From positions 96,001 to 160,000 of the forward strand of contig JBEPZX010000001.1 of the NCBI GenBank assembly GCA_041640635.1: 64,000 nt of DNA. Direction: 5' to 3'. The notes below the pieces were generated by a model. That model was not told where the DNA came from, searched no databases, and saw only the letters and a program-made list of their open reading frames with translations. Below, piece after piece: positions 60,928 to 64,000 of this stretch. Position 1 is the stretch's first letter; each line of letters opens with the position of its first letter. The translations under genes and the position numbers were made by a program. The stretch comes from Aquificaceae bacterium (GTDB lineage: Bacteria > Aquificota > Aquificia > Aquificales > Aquificaceae).

Positions 60928-62783
60928 TGTGTAAAATATCTAAGGTTATAGTGATTGTATAGGAAATCTTGAAAACTTTCTACCATTTTAAACACATCCT
61001 TAAGCAGCGTTCTTTCCGTCTTACTCAATCTGTCAGGCCTTATGTAGTTATCTGGGCTTTTGCCTTCTTTTATTTGCATAGCTTGAGACTTAAGCCTCAA
61101 ACGGCTCAAAAACCTATAAGATTCTTGAATGTCATTTGAGAACTCTTTGCTTAGTATATTTAATTTTTCCAATGCTTTAATTCTATCAAAAGTATTAGTC
61201 TCTCTTATCTTGTGTTCAAGGGACAAAACTCTTATACCCTGCGATATAGGAAATATACCACCTTTTTTTATATCAAATGCTCCTTTGTGATCTCCTGTCT
61301 TTTCCACTACAAAATTACCAAAAAATCCTATAGGTGGCTTGAACTTGACAGCTTGAGCTGCTAGGAAAGGTAAAAACATTTTATTATCATCTATATGGTT
61401 AAAAACCACATTGGATAGTTTCTCTATTAATGAAGAAGAACCAAAAACGTTTCTAAAATCGAAAAATATGGACATATTTAAAACATTTTCTGGTTTTGGA
61501 TTGTTTATCCAGGAAAGAATTTCCGCCTCCCAATCCTGAAAGCTCCTTCTCCAGTAAGGATTAGATATCATAACATTACCTGGACATGGGGGGAAACCGA
61601 TTTCCAGAAGCACTTTTATGTATTCTTGCGAAAACATTTTGAAATATTCCTTTACATCTATATCCAGCATAGGCATCTCTTCATATATAAGCGCATTGTC
61701 TTGATCGGTATTTAAGCTCTGTTCCATCCTACCTTCGCTTCCTAAAACCATGATACTAAAGGGAACCATAGGTTCTTGCTTTAGTCTTTGTATGGTTAAA
61801 TACACTGCTCTTTTCATGAACTTATCGTTGAGTTCTGATATATATTTGCCTACACGTTCAGGGTCAGTATGATTTAATACCATTTCTAATGCTGTTTCCT
61901 TCATTAATTGAAACAAGTAAGCAAGCTCCTGAGTAGTTTTGCTCTTTTCTATTTCCTTTATCATAAAGATTAGGTTTTTACTTTCAAAAGCTATTATGTT
62001 TCTATCTTCTAAAACTCCTATTGGTTTGTTTCCTTCAAAGGCTACTACTTTTCTTATTCCGTGTTTTCCCATAAGTAACATGGCATCTATAACCAAGGAA
62101 TCAGAACTTACACCAATCACTGGATATGTGGCTATTTGTTCTAATGTGACATCCTCTGGTTTTAATCCTTTAGATAGGACCTTTTTTAATACATCCCTTT
62201 CTGTAACTATTCCGTAGTGGTCATTAAGTTTAATTAGAGCATAAGTATAATCTTGCTCAACCATAAGTCTTACAGCTTCGCTTACGGAAATTGTTTTATC
62301 AATTATCAAAGGTTCTTTAACCAATAGTTGTCTTACTGCAACGTTAGAAAACTTATCTAAACTTGTTTCCTCTTCTTTAATTGACGCTTTTTGTAATCTA
62401 CTAGCTAGAGCCTTGGTGAAATAGTTACCAAAATCTGGGTATTCCTTTATGAGATTTTCAAAAATCTTTTTTTGAAGTAAGAAGATAACAGAATCTTCCT
62501 GTGCTACAGCTGTAGAAGTTGGAGGAGTTGATCCTATAAGGGATAAAAAACCAAAATGCTCTCCATCATGGAGATACTCTATTACTCTGCTATCTTTTTT
62601 TAGTACAACGACCCCTTTTCTAATGGTATATAAGAAATCAAGAGGTGGTTCTCCTTCTGTGAATATAACTTCACCTTTGGAAAATACCTTTACTACTAAG
62701 TTATGAGCAATCCTTGTTATTTCCTTTTCTGGTAATAAGCTAAACGGAGGACATTCTTTTAAAAATCGTTCAGCATCGAGCAT
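60924..62783 (-). CDS. cNMP-binding + CBS pair + DUF294/DUF294_C putative nucleotidyltransferase
   Basis: N-terminal cNMP beta-roll (IRKG.V...GEHFG), CBS (GIVTERD), GSEGRMEQ..TDQDN, CPGNVM, DIKKGG. Confidence 0.9.
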   Translation of the reverse strand: MLDAERFLKECPPFSLLPEKEITRIAHNLVVKVFSKGEVIFTEGEPPLDFLYTIRKGVVVLKKDSRVIEYLHDGEHFGFLSLIGSTPPTSTAVAQEDSVIFLLQKKIFENLIKEYPDFGNYFTKALASRLQKASIKEEETSLDKFSNVAVRQLLVKEPLIIDKTISVSEAVRLMVEQDYTYALIKLNDHYGIVTERDVLKKVLSKGLKPEDVTLEQIATYPVIGVSSDSLVIDAMLLMGKHGIRKVVAFEGNKPIGVLEDRNIIAFESKNLIFMIKEIEKSKTTQELAYLFQLMKETALEMVLNHTDPERVGKYISELNDKFMKRAVYLTIQRLKQEPMVPFSIMVLGSEGRMEQSLNTDQDNALIYEEMPMLDIDVKEYFKMFSQEYIKVLLEIGFPPCPGNVMISNPYWRRSFQDWEAEILSWINNPKPENVLNMSIFFDFRNVFGSSSLIEKLSNVVFNHIDDNKMFLPFLAAQAVKFKPPIGFFGNFVVEKTGDHKGAFDIKKGGIFPISQGIRVLSLEHKIRETNTFDRIKALEKLNILSKEFSNDIQESYRFLSRLRLKSQAMQIKEGKSPDNYIRPDRLSKTERTLLKDVFKMVESFQDFLYNHYNLRYFTQ

Positions 62784-62784
62784 T

Positions 62785-63033
62785 TTACAAATATTTTATA
62801 GCTACAAGTCTAAGTACAAATATAAAAATTATTATCAATAATGTTTTACAACAAGGTAAGAACTTAAATATGTTGTAAAGCCATTGAGTAGATCTATAAA
62901 AAAACACATATACAGGATTTTTCATAGGATCAGGCACAGCAAATATGGTATTTAGTAAAAAGTTCAAGATGGCTCGCCCGATGACGAGCCACATAAAGAA
63001 GGCAAGTGTATAGTTGATTATTTCTTTCATCAT
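62785..63033 (-). CDS. Small membrane protein, YggT-like
   Basis: Hydrophobic, R..L......NP.Y.F..R.T pattern, coupled to both neighbours. Confidence 0.7.
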   Translation of the reverse strand: MMKEIINYTLAFFMWLVIGRAILNFLLNTIFAVPDPMKNPVYVFFYRSTQWLYNIFKFLPCCKTLLIIIFIFVLRLVAIKYL

Positions 63034-64000
63034 TCTTCTGCTTTAATATGCGCTACCTCTCCTTTTGGATACTTTAGACTATCCACAAATTCCTGAATTT
63101 CCTTGCTTGGTGGTGGGGTTATTCTAGAAACGATCAATGCTACAATGAAGTTTGCAGGAATACCAAATATACCAGCTGCAATAGCCTTTATACCATATAT
63201 TTCAAGTCCATAAAACCTGTTTCCTATTATGTATATAAGTGCCACAGAGAGACCTACTACCATACCAGCTATCGCACCGTGTTTGTTCATTCTCTTATCC
63301 CATATACCTAAAACCAATGCTGGGAAGAAGGAAGAAGCAGCTATAGAGAAGGCCCAAGCTACTATATCTACTATAATTGCCAGTCTAAAGCTTGCTATAT
63401 AAGCAGCTATTAATGCTACTACCAATAATAAGGCCTTTCCAATTTTAACTCTCGTAGATGGAGAAATATTAGGATTTATGATTTTGTAGTACAAGTCGTG
63501 AGATATAGCATTTGATATGGTTATCAAAAGACCATCTGCTGTGGAGAGTGCTGCTGCAAAACCGCCAGCTGCTATAAAAGCAGATATAACATAAGGTAGA
63601 CCGGCAATTTCAGGTGTTGCTAGAACTACTGCGTCTGGATGGATTATTATTTCGGAAAACTGTATTATACCATCACCGTTTATATCTTGGATTTTAACTA
63701 ACCCTGCACTGCCCCATTTAGCAACCCATGCTGGAAGTTCCGAAAAAGCTTTGCCTACTAAGTTAGTTAGAACTTCATTCCTACCTAATGCAGCATACGA
63801 AGGTGCTGTTATATACAGAAGTAGTATGAAGAATAGAGCCCAACCCGCTGATGTTCTTGCTTCTCTAATTGTAGGAGTAGTATAAAATCTCATTAGCACG
63901 TGTGGTAAACCAGCTGTACCAACCATCAAGCAGAAAGTCAGAGCCAGAAAGTTTACCATGCCTTTAACATCTGTAGGTGGAGCTACGTAAGATTTAGGTG
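63030..64000 (-). CDS. Sodium:solute symporter, ActP (cation/acetate)-like, 5' end outside the window
   Basis: MVGTAGLPHVLMRFYT, AAALSTADGLL, AWAF..AASSFFP; frame stays open to 64000. Confidence 0.9.
   Translation of the reverse strand, partial: PKSYVAPPTDVKGMVNFLALTFCLMVGTAGLPHVLMRFYTTPTIREARTSAGWALFFILLLYITAPSYAALGRNEVLTNLVGKAFSELPAWVAKWGSAGLVKIQDINGDGIIQFSEIIIHPDAVVLATPEIAGLPYVISAFIAAGGFAAALSTADGLLITISNAISHDLYYKIINPNISPSTRVKIGKALLLVVALIAAYIASFRLAIIVDIVAWAFSIAASSFFPALVLGIWDKRMNKHGAIAGMVVGLSVALIYIIGNRFYGLEIYGIKAIAAGIFGIPANFIVALIVSRITPPPSKEIQEFVDSLKYPKGEVAHIKAEE

Overview
AT-rich, very densely packed chromosomal segment. Gene content, the split ATP synthase genes, the long RecG and the TrpRS insertion point to an Aquificaceae (Hydrogenobacter/Thermocrinis/Aquifex-like) thermophile; this is an inference, not a database result. 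It carries about 70 mostly housekeeping CDS (LPS/Kdo, cell wall, amino-acid and cofactor synthesis, DNA repair, Moco synthesis with a molybdate ABC transporter, atpF'FH), two tRNAs without encoded CCA (Pro-CGG, Arg-ACG), and divergent operons for an A2-type and a B-type (ba3-like) heme-copper oxidase. I found no mobile elements, CRISPR arrays or rRNA. The most interesting signals are: (1) a translationally coupled module of an ActP-like symporter, a small membrane protein, a cNMP-CBS-GlnD/E-like nucleotidyltransferase and a DEDDh nuclease, which looks like an uncharacterised writer/eraser signalling system; (2) a ~215-nt structured, pseudoknot-capable glnA leader behind a perfect sigma70 promoter; (3) a four-fold 11-bp TTAAC repeat, resembling the cyanobacterial Pho box, before phoX and a tandem hemerythrin; (4) a QueD-family protein with the PTPS-III ExxHGH motif; (5) frequent leaderless starts, including shared bidirectional -10 elements; (6) two small membrane ORFs missing from the ORF track.
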